64,000 nucleotides of DNA from the human T2T-CHM13v2.0 reference genome, Homo sapiens (GCF_009914755.1 NC_060931.1); one strand, 5' to 3'. Positions 1 through 12,670 are shown, counted from the stretch's first letter. Made by a program: numbers and translations. Notes: a model not told the origin generated them from the letters alone.

Positions 1-229
1 CTCAAAGCAATCCTTTTCCCTCAAAGTACTTTAATGAGCTTATATTTTTCTACACGGCATATAGAAAAGTGCATAAAATTTCTAGATTATAGAACTGTAA
101 AGGGAACGTCCATGTAGTCACCATATAATTAATTGAAATAGAGAAATGATTATACTGTCTTCACTTGCCAGCCTCCAAGATAAGAATCAGCTACTGACCT
201 GATTTTTGAGATTATCAACATAACTCTTT

Positions 230-2030
230 CTATACACATATCAAACTATGATTTACTTTAATCTGTTTTTAAACAACATACAAATGGAAGAATGCAGCAT
301 TTTTTTAAATTTTGTACCTGGATTCACTCATTCAAAATTATATTTGTAAGATTCAACCATGTTGTGTGTAGCTGCATAGTTCATTCATTCTCATTATTGT
401 ATACTGTTCCACCATGTTAATAAACCAAAATGTATTCATTTCTCTGCTAATGGATATTTGGGTTCTTTCCAGTTTGAAGCTATTGCAAATAATGCTACCA
501 TATTATTGTATGTACTTCCTAGTACACATGTGCAATACTTTTTTGGGAATATGTATGTTAAATTACAATTGCTGAGTTATAAGGTATCCATACCTTCAAC
601 TTTACCAGATAATATACACTGTTTACCAAAATAGTTGTACCAATTTATATGTCCACCTGTGGTGGACGAAAGCTCCTTTATCAATCTATTAGATGTGAGT
701 TGGTATTTCACTATGGTTTGAATTTATATTTTCTTTATAACAAATGATGGTGGTCAACTTTACATATGTTTATTGACCATGTGGTGTTCTTCTGGGAAAT
801 ATCAGTTCATAAACATTTTGTCCATTTTTCTATCAAGTTGTCTTTCTTCTTTGTCTTTATCTTCCCACTCTAATATAAACTTCACAAGGACAGAGATTTC
901 TCTTCTGTATTCCAAGCACCTAGAACAGTGCTCCTGGTCACAACAGGCTTTCAATAAATATTTATCAAATTAATGAATGGAATTTCTGGATAGTAGGTGG
1001 GGCATAAACTTTGTAAATATCTTCACTCACTTTCAGGTTTTTTTAATCCTACAGTTCTTTTGAGGTAAAATTGATAAACTCATCAAATTTATCAGTTTCT
1101 CTTCATGGCTGGATTTTTGTATCTTGTTTATCATTTCTTATTCCAAGTGACTTTTTCTATATTATATGCTGAACACTTTTATAAACCTGTCTTTCATATT
1201 TGAGTGATTAATCCAGCTTGGAGTATTATTTATATAGTTCCAAGTTCTCTTTGTTCCATATGATCTCCCAAGTATTCCAGCACTATTTTTTAAAATGCCT
1301 GTCCTTACCCACCAATCTGCAATACCTGCTCTTCCATATATCAAATGCCTTTAAATGTACATTTCTGCTTCTGGGCTGTACTCTATTTCGGTTATCTATT
1401 TGTCTATTCCTGTGCCAATATCACAGCATCTTTTTACATTAGCTTTATAATATAGCAACAGTTGATAGTGCAAATCCTCCTTTTTCAAGAATACCTTGAC
1501 TGTATTTGGCGCTTTGCATTTCTGAGTAACTTTTAAATCAGCTCATCAAAGTCAACAAAAAATATGTTGGAATTTTGACTGGTAGAGCATTGAATCTATA
1601 AAGCTTTTTAATATCAAGTCTTCAATCAATCAATGTGGAATAGCTCTCCACTTAGATTTTCCTAGACATATCTCAGGAATGTTTTAATCATTTTCCCATA
1701 GCTGTCATATATATTTTTTGTTGGATTTATTCTGAGGAACGTCATGCTTTTAATGCTATTCTAAACAGCATCCTTTCAAAATTTCATTTTCTATTTGATC
1801 CTAAAGTATAAAATTTATAATTTTGAATTTTAATATTAATGTTTACATCTAGTAACACTGTATATTTTCTTATTGCAAATACTGTATCCATAAGCTTGTA
1901 AAATTTTTCTAGATATACGATGTTATCTACTTTTAAGAACACATTTCTTTTTTTTCAAGTTTTCCAATCCTTATACTTATTACTAATTTTCTTTTTACGT
2001 ACCATGCTGGATAGTATCCCTGGTACAACA
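230..2030 (-). mobile_element. Old L1M fragments with an L2 3' end at ~860-980
   Basis: T-rich antisense L1 3' motifs (TTCATTCATTCTCATT, TTCCAGTTTG..GCTATT, GGTTTGAATTTATATT). Boundaries approximate. Confidence 0.65.
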
Positions 2031-2239
2031 CTATGTCACTAGTTTTCATTGATTCTATGCTAGTCTTTTTTATGCTGAAAACTTCCTAAAACAAAGAGTG
2101 TGTATATTTACTAATCTCTATATTGACATAAGCCCTATGAAAACTCAACAAATATTTGTTGAAAGAGTAAAGCTATTAATTTTAATTTTAAATGTTTTAC
2201 ACGACAAGAATAACATTGTAAAGAAATCTGATGATTCAG

Positions 2240-2740
2240 CTAGGAATATGTTCCACTGAAAGAAACAGAAAACCTAACAAAAGTAGCTTACACAATATGG
2301 ATGTTGTTTAATATATCATTCAACAAGAAAATGAAAGATAAGTACCTGTTGGCATTGGTTCAGCAGCAGAAGGATGGTAGGCCAGATATATCTGCTATTT
2401 TTATGGCCTTTCCCTTATGGTCACAAGATGACCGCTACAGCTCTGGGCATGACATCCTAGTGTAGTAAAAGCAGGAAGAAACAGAGAAGGGGCAGCTAAG
2501 TCTGTCCTTTTGTGAGAAAGGCAGATACTTTCCTAGATGTAACCAAAACTGACTTCACCTTAGTTTTCATTGACAAAAACTCGCTGATTTGGCTATCTCA
2601 GGGAGCAATTAAGTGTGGGAGCAAAACACATGACCGCTGAAATTAATTTCAACTTATCACCTGAGACCGGTCTCACTGCTTCTTCATCGTGGTACTCTTA
2701 TCAAGATAGGCAGGCTAGTAGATGTAAGTGCCTGCCACAT
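2240..2740. mobile_element. Old MLT1-type MaLR LTR
   Basis: AACAGAAAACC..AAAAGTAGCTTA, CAAGATG..GCT..CAGCTC motifs, ending CTGCCACA. Boundaries approximate. Confidence 0.5.
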
Positions 2741-3135
2741 GTGATACAGTTTTTCCTACTGCTTTCTTAATTTCATCCTTAGAGAATACAATTAGAAATA
2801 AGCTGCTATTACTGCTAACCAAAGATCTCCTCCAATGTTTTATTAATTTTACACATGAACTAGGAGATATTCCATTAAAGCCTTTGTTAGGAAATCTTAA
2901 TTAGTCAAAAAAAAATCCTTAAGGGATAAAAGGGATGCCTTTGGGATAGAATTTTAGTGACATCTCCAGTTTCTGGTTACATGATATTGGTTAAGCTTCT
3001 GAAAAAATCAAATAAATCCACAAACTTTCCTGATATGAATCTAATCTCGTTAATTTTCCTTTTCATTCAATCAAAAAATATCAGCCAGTCTGTATAAGCC
3101 CACTGAAAGGTCTCTTAATTCAGTAGTAGTCTTAC

Positions 3136-3230
3136 CTCAGGTTATGCTCCATACACGAAGAACAATCTCATCATTAGTCCATTCAAAATAAAGACTACAC
3201 CAACATAAAAGCAAGCAGGATCTCCCAATC
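3136..3230 (-). pseudogene. DPY19L2-type exon 6 (1-nt insertion creates TAA)
   Basis: Minus strand: cttttcaaag|(G)LGDPACFYVGVVFILNGLMMRLFFVYGA-TAA-CCTGAG|gtaaga. Parent ends YGAYLS. Confidence 0.92.
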
Positions 3231-3389
3231 CTTTGAAAAGATACAGATAAGCAGTGTTTAATGAATATATGACTCGAAAGCAATTGGGCATAATTATCTC
3301 AGTGCTTTGCAATCAAGAGCTTATGAATTTGCTGAAAGCATTTGCTTTCCAGATTGCCGCTGTGTTTAATTCTTTACCCTTATAAGAGT

Positions 3390-3470
3390 TTGTGTGTGTG
3401 TGTGTGTGTATGCAAACACATATATGTATGTGTGTATATATGTGTGTATATATACACATACACATATGTA
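3390..3470. repeat. (TG)n/(TA)n low-complexity microsatellite
   Basis: Direct reading. Confidence 0.85.
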
Positions 3471-3999
3471 AGCTCACCCTTAATGAGGTATTATATAGTT
3501 ACACTTTATACTTTTTATAATTGCATTTGTACTTTCCTCTAATGAATTACTATTATACTGTAATGATTTGTTGGGGATTCACATTTATTTAGGTGATGCT
3601 GCTAGTGTTCAGTGTCTGGAACTGTCTGTAGAACCACTTAATGAATACAAAAGAAAATCCATTGCATTATTTTTATCTTTTGCTAGGCTCTAGGAAGAGT
3701 TAAGATATGATTTTGACTTCAGGGTACAGCTTTAGTCTATATGAAATGATCCAGTCATTTGATCCATTATTATGTATAGCTAGAATCTTAGTATATTCCA
3801 TATAGAAGATCGTGCGTGTGTGTGGCAATATGTACTTTACAATCATCCCACATTTTTCTCAGAACAAGTTTATGGTATTAGCTGATATAAAAATACTTTT
3901 CTTATGATTAAGAAAACAGAACATAGAATATTCAACTTGTCAAAGGTTATTTCACTTTAACTGGCTGGAGCCAAAGTCTGAAGGCTGGCCTTCTGATTC

Positions 4000-4990
4000 C
4001 CCCTGCCTCTCTGGTCACTCCTTTCAATCAGTTCCAGTAATTTCTCTTGTTTTATGTACCACTCTTTAATACTGGACCACCTTAGGCTCTGTCATATGCC
4101 CCCTTCATTTCTCTATCTGCGCATTCTCCATAAAGAAATTCTTCCACATCCATGGCTCCAATGATCTATATACAGATGACTCCAACTCTACATTTAATCC
4201 AGAACTTTCTCCTTATTCTTATACCCAGATAGCCACTTGATGTCCCCACTCTGAGGTCTCTCAAGTACCTCAAATTCATGCATACACAATGAAACATAAC
4301 AATACAAACCTGCTACTGTTCAAATGTTTCCTACCATTCAAAGCTCAGTTACTTAAGCTAGAAACCAAACTGTTTCACATGATTCTTCACTCACCTTCCC
4401 CTCTCTTACCAAACAATTACCAAGTCTTGTCCATTCTACTTCCAAAATCTCTCTCAAACCCACATTATCCACATTATCTTTCCTGCATATCCACATTATC
4501 TTTCCTGCAATCACTTGCTGAGAATATAATAGTCTTCTACCTGGCCTCCCTGAACCTACTTTTGTCCCTTTACTAATATTCTTTCCATACCATTGATTAA
4601 ATAATGTTTTAAAATGAAACTCTGTTAAAATTCTTCAATGGATAAAGTATAAAATCCTTCACCAGTGCACGCCTTTCATGATCTGATCCTCGCTTATATT
4701 CCCAGCACCATTTCACATCATTTTTCTTCTCCATCATTTCCAGGAATTCTAGCCTTCTTTCAGTTCCCTCTTGCTTCAGGATATTTGAATATGTTATTCC
4801 CTATTCTTAAAATACTTATCCTCTTACTCCTCATGTTGGTAATCTTATTTTCTTATTTGTAGTATCCCTCACAGTTGTAACTGCTAACAGACCCCTTACA
4901 GCATAAACTCTATGAGGGTAAGGCCCCATGTCTAGCTGGTTCATCTCTGTGTCCCAAGTGCCAAACAGTAACTTATCACTTATTGGGAAG
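4000..4990 (+). mobile_element. L2 fragment
   Basis: GATGACTCC, CCTCAAATTCA, TAAACTCTATGAGGGTAAGG..CTGTGTCCCAAGTGCC motifs. Boundaries approximate. Confidence 0.65.
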
Positions 4991-5966
4991 GTAATTAATA
5001 CCATATTTAGGTGATCATTTTCACCACTCAGACAGGGTCACACCTTCTAGCTGATTGAATCATTGCAAAGTATCTCATTTTATGAGGCATTTTCTCCAAT
5101 CCTTTACATTGTACACAAAAAAATATAATTGCCCCTCAAACATCCTCATCAATTCTATTTTTACTGAGGCAATCAGTAAAAAATGTAAGGAAAATAGATT
5201 TAGTTTATATTCCAAGAGTTGAATGTTGTTACAAACAAGTCTAAAAATTTATTCATAAAATATAATAAGTCATGTTGTTAAGAATTTGAAGAAATGCAGA
5301 AAAAACAACAGTGTTAGTGTTATAAAAAGAGATACATGTGGCTCTCAACAAGTCTCAAGGGACAGCACCATATTTGAATTATAAAAGTGCTGAAATGCAA
5401 ACATCTTAAATGGAAGTGACCACTATGTATCCTGGAAAGCTGTTGGATGACTCCAAAAGTGGTTCTTTGACAAAGAAACCAATGTGGAAGATAAATAGGA
5501 AGAGTTTTATTAATACTATGAGCATATATAAAAAAGTAATGTTTCTAAATCAATCTATTATTGCATATCCGATTTTTAAATATGTATGCATAATTAAATT
5601 TATACATTAGCTATTACAAATAGATATTTGACTGTTTAATCTATCCTCAAAATTTATATATTGAAGCTACCCCAAAAAACATCTTTCTGTATCTTCGCAT
5701 TCTGAAATAGAAGACTAACTTATAGTCAAGATTGCCTTACAATGGGATATGTTAATACTCAAATTCCAAAATTTATACTCAAATTTGTAAGTACACAGCC
5801 TTCTCAGAAAACTACTTTAAAACGTAAAATACTCATTGAGGTGAGCCAGTTCTAATTTTTTTTTAAATCAACAACAGTATTTTACAATAATTCTTAAAAG
5901 TGAATCATAATATTATTAAATGTTTATGAATGTTTACAAATGACAGCATTTTTGGAAGAAACATGC

Positions 5967-6087
5967 CTTCACAGCTTTGAACTTCATTAAGAGGTTCTAT
6001 TCTGGTGACATTCCAGCAGGTCTTAGTTTCTAGTCCAAATAAATTCATTATTCCCATGGATGTGCGACACCAGGAGGCTATGATTAC
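5967..6087 (-). pseudogene. DPY19L2-type exon 5 (121 nt, open frame, GC donor)
   Basis: Minus strand: tctttttaaag|[41 protein letters not shown]|gcatgt. Confidence 0.92.
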
Positions 6088-6750
6088 CTTTAAAAAGATA
6101 AAAACAAAGAGATAATGGAGGAAAATATATTCTCTTCATAATAATAATCTTTCCAAAATACCATTTTGTGATGGTTGCCTTAGACATTATAAATTCTGAC
6201 AAATTTATTTAGATCATTTCACTTAGGAATCAGTCACTTCAAAATTACACATTATGCCTCTATATAGAAAAATATTATATATGTGATAGCCAATTCTGTA
6301 ATATAAATAATAGTAAGTCAATATAAAAGTATATAATTAAAATACGGTGATTAATAGAAAAATACAAAGATTTATAGAAACATTTCATAATTCACTTCAT
6401 TTAGATCCTTGAATTTATTCCTTCATAAAATATATAAAATATATTATAAAAACTGGAACAGAATGGAATAATAGCACCTGTACCCATTACAATTTTAATC
6501 AAGCAGAAGATTTAATTGACCAATTGTTTCCAAACTGCAAGCTATTTTTAAAAGTTCAAAGACAAAGAAAAAATAACAACAGAAAAAAATTTCCAACAGA
6601 ATGTTCATGTCTCAGAGGTTTTTTAAAAATAACACTATACATTCTGGGAAACTAATGTGAAATCACTGGGGGGAGAATGTCAAAAAATAAAGAGTTGAAA
6701 AGAGAAAGTAAGCACCTCTTAGAGCTAACCATTTTTAATATTTTGGTGAT

Positions 6751-7063
6751 TGGTGCGGTGGCTCACGCCTGTAATCCCAGCACTTTGGGAGGCCAAGGCG
6801 GGCGGGTCATGACGTCAGGAGTTCGAGACCAGCCTGGCCAACATAGTGAAACCCCATCTCTACTAAAAATACAAAAATTAGCTGGGCGTGGTGGCAGGCG
6901 CCTGTGATGCCAGCTACTCAGAAGGTTGAGGCAGGAGAATCACCTGAAATCGGAAGGCAGAGGCTGGAAATCGGAAGGCAGAGGCTGCAGTGAGCCAAGA
7001 TCACAGGACTGCACTCTGGCCTGGGCCACAAGAGCGAAACTCCAACTCAAAAAAAAAAAAAAA
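6751..7063 (+). mobile_element. AluS with internal 21-bp tandem duplication
   Basis: Alu consensus plus A-tail; TSD-like TTGGTGAT on both sides. Confidence 0.93.
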
Positions 7064-7544
7064 GTTGGTGATTATCTTTCCAGTCCTCCCCCTAGGCATT
7101 TAAAACATGAAATTAGAGTTATTCAATACTACCTAATGAGATCATATTATCAACGTTAATGTAATATACATCACTAAACATCAGAAACATCTTTCCTCGT
7201 CTCAGAAGCGTAGTTTTATTAGGCAGGTTAACATAGTAGGAAAAGCATAGCTTTGATATCAGAATTGAACTCAAATTCTGACTCTGCAAGTTATAGTTTC
7301 CATGGTCTCAAGTAATCCTTCAACGGCTGTCAATCACTTCACCTCTCAAATAAGTTTAATAATAACCATTCTACAAGAGAAGTGAGATAAGCGCTCACAT
7401 ATACAGTCGTATATGTCCTGTATGTCCTAAGTATAGTGCTGGCATATAGTATGCAGTGAATGCTTTTACCTTTTTAAAACATTCTGTTCTAAACTTACAT
7501 TTTTATTTGTAAATGAGAAATTAATCCCCTGTGAAATTAATCTC

Positions 7545-8830
7545 GCAGGGGGAGCGAAGCCACGGTTGCGGGGGAGCGAAGCCACGGTTGCCGGGAAGCG
7601 CGGGCCACCCCTCCCTCCCTCTCATTCTTCGTCCTCCCCTCGCGCGCCACCCGTTTTTCCTCTTTCTCCGTTAATAACGGCTGGGTGGCTGGGGGAGGAG
7701 GGAAGGTGGCTCCGGCGGAGTCTGGGCGGGCGCCTCCCACTCAGCCGCCAGTCGCCGTGGGAGCCGGAGGATGGCGGCGGTAACAGCGGCCGCCGGAGAG
7801 GAGGCGGTGGGGAGGCCCGGGGCGCCAAGCGCGACGGCAGAAAGCGGCAGCGGCCCGTCATGGCGCACCGAAACCAGCGGCAGTCGCACGGCCACCTGAG
7901 TCGCCCCTTCCTGCTGGAGCCAGCGAGGGGTGCCTGCAGCCGGGACACCTTCCTCTCCGCGTCTCCTCGTCTCCCGCGCCCGCGTCAGGCCGCCAGCCTT
8001 GCCCACCGCCCCGAGAAGAGCGCGCCGGGCGCCGACTGCCCCTCGGGGCGCCGAGCGGCGGCCCTGGACGTGCGGGGGCCTCTCTGGGCCGGCCGCGGCG
8101 CCTCGGCCCTGCCCTCTAGCTCCCGCGTTCGCTCCTACCCTCTTGGCTCTCGGGGCACAGCGCGCGGCCCGGTCCGGAGCAGGGCGGACATGAGCGCCAG
8201 GCAGAGCGGCCTGGCCGCCGCTAACGGCGCACGCGCGCGTACTCGGCTCGGATCTACCTTCCAGTAGCAGCGGAGTGGCCAATGGGACCGGGACCAGGGC
8301 TGGGGGCCGGGGGGCCGCCGCCGCGGGGAGGTTCCCGGCTCAGGTGCCCAGCGCTCACCAGCCCAGCGCCTCGGGCGGTGCCGCGGCGGCCCCGGCAGCC
8401 CCGCGCAGCTGTTTCCTGGGGGGCGTGGCGTCGGGGGCCCGCGCGGCGCAGTCCTCCTTCAGCATCCCGAACAGCAGCAGCGGTCCGCAGGACTCGCAGG
8501 ACTCGGTGCACAGCAGCCCTGAGGATGGCGGCGACGGCGGCCAGCACCGGCCGGTGGGCGGGAGCCCCGGCGGGCCGCGCCTGGTGATCGGCTCCTTACC
8601 AGCTCACCTCTCACCGCGCATGTTTGGAGGTACGGACCCCTCTCCACGCGCCCGCGCTCGGTTCTCCCGCGGCTGCACGTGGGCCGTGGCCGCCGGCTAT
8701 TTTTACCGTTCTCCTTTTCTCCTTCCGCCGGGGCGCCGGGGGCTGCTTCCCGGCCCAGCCCGCGCCGGTCTCCATCCTGGGAAGAAACCCGGCACGTAAC
8801 ACCTGCGGTGTCGCTGCCGCGTAGACACGT
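7545..8830. promoter_or_regulatory. CpG island, duplicated ZNRF2 promoter/5' end
   Basis: Abrupt switch from AT-rich to very GC/CpG-rich sequence at ~7545. GC boxes (GGGCGG) are present and it surrounds the ZNRF2-like exon 1. Confidence 0.88.
8190..8629 (+). pseudogene. ZNRF2P1: ZNRF2 pseudogene, exon 1 only
   Basis: ATG at 8190 gives MSARQSGLAAANG (ZNRF2 as recalled: MGAKQSGPAAANG). Two 1-nt deletions lead to TAG at 8265-8267. The downstream frame (ORF 8275+) reads GRFPAQVPSAHQPSASGGAAA...SQDSVHSSPEDGG...GGSPGGPRLVIGSLPAHLSPRMFG, then donor G|GTACGG at 8630. No zinc-finger or RING exons found. Confidence 0.92.
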
Positions 8831-11800
8831 GGTTTTGTTTTTAAACATCGTGAGCACCCACACCTCAGCGGGTACTCAGTAGAGATAGTCTATTTTCCAG
8901 TGAGTTGACTGGAGCAAATGTTGTTTTACAGCAAACCCACGAAATAGCCCTTGTGGTTGTGGCTTTTAGTACCAGGAAGTCAGGAGGAGACGGTTGCTAA
9001 ATGTAGTTCTATCTGGGGACTCGAGTGGGGCACAATTTTTAAAAGCCAAAAGTCAGAGGGTCTCAAATGAACTCTGAGTTACCATCTTTGGACCGACTTT
9101 TAATATAAAGCTGTAATCCTTAAATCTGTGTCAGTAGTCCCACTTACTATGTCACTTTAATTGGATGAATGCGTTAATGAAAAGTTTGTTTTCAAACCTC
9201 ACTAAACTGCTACTTAAGATCACAGTTAATGTGAGTCCTGCTTAATTTGGAAAGCATTTAAAAAATGGAAAAGTTTCTTAGGGAAGTAAAAATTTTGCAA
9301 CTCTGCCTACAAGGTACAGTAATTGGCTAGGTTCTTTTGAAGAGCAGTGTTGACTAGAGTTAAGGAAAAGTCAGTTGTGAAAAATGGACATTTTTAATAG
9401 CAAAATGATGTGCTTTACTGTAGAAACAGGAGGAAGGGTGCATTATCCTGGGGAAAATGAATTCTTCAGTTATGTTTTATGCTGCTCTACTTTATTGCAA
9501 AACGCTAATATTAAATGAATCAAGACCACCTCCCCTTCCCGCTTTATGAAAATAAATAGAAGTATAGAAGATAAGCATTCCCATTTCATCGCATTATGTA
9601 TCTGATATTAGAAGAATTCGCAACTGAGCACAGATGAGCAACGAAAACACCATCCCCTACATTTTTGTGCCTCTTTTACTTACATATTTGTAAACGTAGG
9701 AACTGTGAGTGGAGACTTAGTAAAGTGGAATACGTAGTAATTTATCTGTTGTGATGTTCTGTGCTATCAGCACACACGCCAGCATAAATTAAAAATAGGA
9801 ATGTCATGTTTAGTTTTTCCCATCTTTTTAGTAACGCTTTGTACATTCAATATGGAACGACGCTTGACTTTTAATTAGCTACCTTGTTTTAAAGTAATTT
9901 TTGCTTCTTAAAAATATTCATCCCTCTTAAAATTGGGCCATTTTTAAAAGTCATTAGCTTTTGAGTAAAAGAACTCCACTGGTGTCTTTAAAGTGATTTG
10001 ATCACAACTAACACAGCAGTTGAAGTTGCTGTAGTCCGCACTGAAGAATATAAAAGGCAGTTTCTGAGAATTGGTGATTACTGCGAAAATGAAGAGCAAA
10101 CTGGTTTTTAATATTTATCTTTTTAAAGTGAAAATTTGCATTTAGCAGTTATCAAAAGATGAATATTTGTTTGCTAAAGAAGGGTCAATAGGAAAAGCCT
10201 TGTCAAGTTAATATTTAATATGCTGATTTTTAAAAATTCACTTTCTAAGAGCTGATCATTCCCTTTGAGAAACATTATAGTTCTATGGGTTTATTTTGTT
10301 AAGTAAATGCATTCTATTCAGAGCAAGAGACAGTTGAGCCCCATGCTATTCCTAGTAAGTAAAAATACCTAGTTGCTTAAAGTTGGAGATAAAGCATTTA
10401 TCTTTTTTCTTATCTAAGTTCTAGATTTGTGCACTCATTATAGTTCTTTTAGTGCTGTTGGGGTTGGGTGACTGGGGCCTAGTAGTACAGTGACACTTTC
10501 TGAGGAACTTATAGCAGCCTTTCTCACCCGGCTTTCTGGAGACAATTGTGCCGTAGTGTGCAATGAATTTTAACTTTCAGCACCAGTGCATTTAGGACGG
10601 TTTTAGTTATGTATCATTCTTGGAACAATTGAGAAAAGTCACTGAAATAATTTCCTGTGTTTGGTGATTCAGATGAGGAACCTCAGTTGAGAATTGCTGG
10701 AAAGGGATCAGAGAAATTACCTGTTCTTATTATATGACAGGATCGGATGAAAGTGCCACATCCTGAAATCTCTGTTGAGGCAGGGAGATGGAATACACTT
10801 ATGTAAAAACCCATCTTAGTGGCATTGCCTTACTGAGATTTTTACCTATATTTTAGTGGATGGGTTATTAGGAAAACAATAGAAGCATGTTTCTCATCAT
10901 CTTGAGATTTAGGGAGCTAGATGAAGAATCTTATAATTAAAAAAGTTAGACTTGACTGTACTTCACATTTACTTAATTTTTTAGTATCTATTATAGCATT
11001 ATTGTGTTTATTCAGTTACAAATTGTATAAATGGTTATATACAAATAACTCCATCTGAAAATTGATAAAAGGATTATTTCAGAATTAATGGAAAGTTCAT
11101 ATTGATTTTTGTAAAACTGTTGTTTTAATTGTTGTTTATATTATTAACGTCTCCTAATAAGAAAATGTGGTACTAATAAGATTCAAAATTATTCTCTTGT
11201 GAGGTCTCATGTAATTTATAGAAAATGAAAAACAGTCCCCCCCCCTTTTATTTTTAACACTTAAGAGTCTAGCAAGTGGAATTGTTAGTAGTTCCCTCAT
11301 AATGAATTGCCACATTGAACGAGGAAGTTTTCTGTGTTGGTTTTATGTTTTGCTGTCTTTTGGACATCTATTTTCGCTATATACACTCTTATTCTCTCTA
11401 GAGAACTGGAAGAAAAATGCCTAATCCAGATATTTCAGTGTGTAGAAATTTCCTAGAATTGAGTTGCCGGACATCAGAATGTGATTATATTTAGGAGTTC
11501 TTAGGTGAAGTAAATCTTGTCCTTATTATTCTTTTCAGACTGAGGAGTGTTAAAGTGAACAGACGCTTTCTTGACTACTGCTAGTGTCGTCCATCACCTT
11601 TGTTTTAAAAAAGGTCTTAAGGGTATTTCCTAATATTTAAAAATCTTGACGGTATTTTAGGGTTTGTTTGGCTTTAATTTACGTCTACGTTTTTTTTTCC
11701 ACTGTCAAGTAGCTATTGTTCATAAGAGCATAACATGAGTGGTCAAATAGCCTTTAATGATGCAGCAAGGATGGGGTAGATGAATTGGGCTATAGAAATA

Positions 11801-12573
11801 TACCAATACATGGAGATTATTTCCAGAGACATCGTGTGGACTTCTATAATGTATCCTTGAGTCCGGAAGTGAAAATGTAAAATGACTTAATCTAAGACAA
11901 CTAGTGGTGCTGGGTTGCTTTTGGCCTCCTGATTTTCTTGAGCTTTTTTGGGTGTGGCTTGCTCATGAGTATTTCAGTAGTCTGATTGTAACTCAGGTGC
12001 CTTGTTACTTGTGCAACATGTTTTCTTATATTGAAGGAGTGTGGGTTATCTCTTAAAACTGAATATGTTGAATAAGACCTGTATTTCTAGGACGATTTCT
12101 CTTAATTTTTAAGCAGATGTGAAGTTTTATGCTGTTAGGTTGTCTTCATCAATTAACCATTATGGAATTGGTCTCAGTTATCTCTTCTTACCAATATCAA
12201 GTGCCAAAATGTTTGAATTTGGGATACTCTAATTAATCTACTTCCTATTCCTGAATGTTATTTTGTGCCATTGAAGGCTTTTATGGGGAGTGGCCAAAGA
12301 GGAATGTTTGCCTCTTTCTAAGAAAAATGAGCCTTCTAACCACAACCCCTGCCACTCCTGAAGTAATAAGAATTTTGGTGGTTATTGTTTCTCACTTGTA
12401 ATTTCATACCTTCGTGTTATATGTTTTGCTGTGTGTAAGTGTGGCCTGTGTCATGGACGTTTCTGCTTTGGGGATTTTTTGGAACTATTCTTGACTGCAA
12501 GGTGGGGAGGATTGGTGAGTTGCACAGGGCATCACCTGATCTGAGAGCAGCGTGACCTAAGAACCTGGTATTT

Positions 12574-12670
12574 TGATGCTTTGCTGGCTGGTGCAGTGCC
12601 TGAGGGAGTAAGAGCCCTGTTGTTGTCAGATAGTGTCTTACTCCCTCAGGCACATCTCCAGCGAGTCTCT
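12574..12670 (+). ncRNA. MIR550A2: pre-miR-550a-2 hairpin (5p 12595-12617; 3p 12634-12655)
   Basis: Perfect 18-bp stem 12596-12613 / 12636-12653. Mature arms AGTGCCTGAGGGAGTAAGAGCCC and TGTCTTACTCCCTCAGGCACAT. Loop GTCAGA and tail CCAGCGAG match the a-2 paralogue as recalled. Confidence 0.9.
12574..12670 (-). ncRNA. MIR550B2: Antisense hairpin pre-miR-550b-2
   Basis: The Watson-Crick stem folds equally on the minus strand; miR-550b is recalled as annotated antisense to miR-550a. Confidence 0.7.

Noticed and set aside
7566-8267. 233-aa ORF and overlapping antisense ORFs in the CpG island
   Set aside because: Non-ATG start and GC-driven lack of stops. Only the last ~25 codons relate to the frameshifted ZNRF2 start.
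8190-8629. Functional ZNRF2 gene or a processed retrocopy
   Set aside because: Frameshifts and the absence of downstream exons exclude the functional gene. The retained promoter, donor and intronic miRNA exclude a processed copy.
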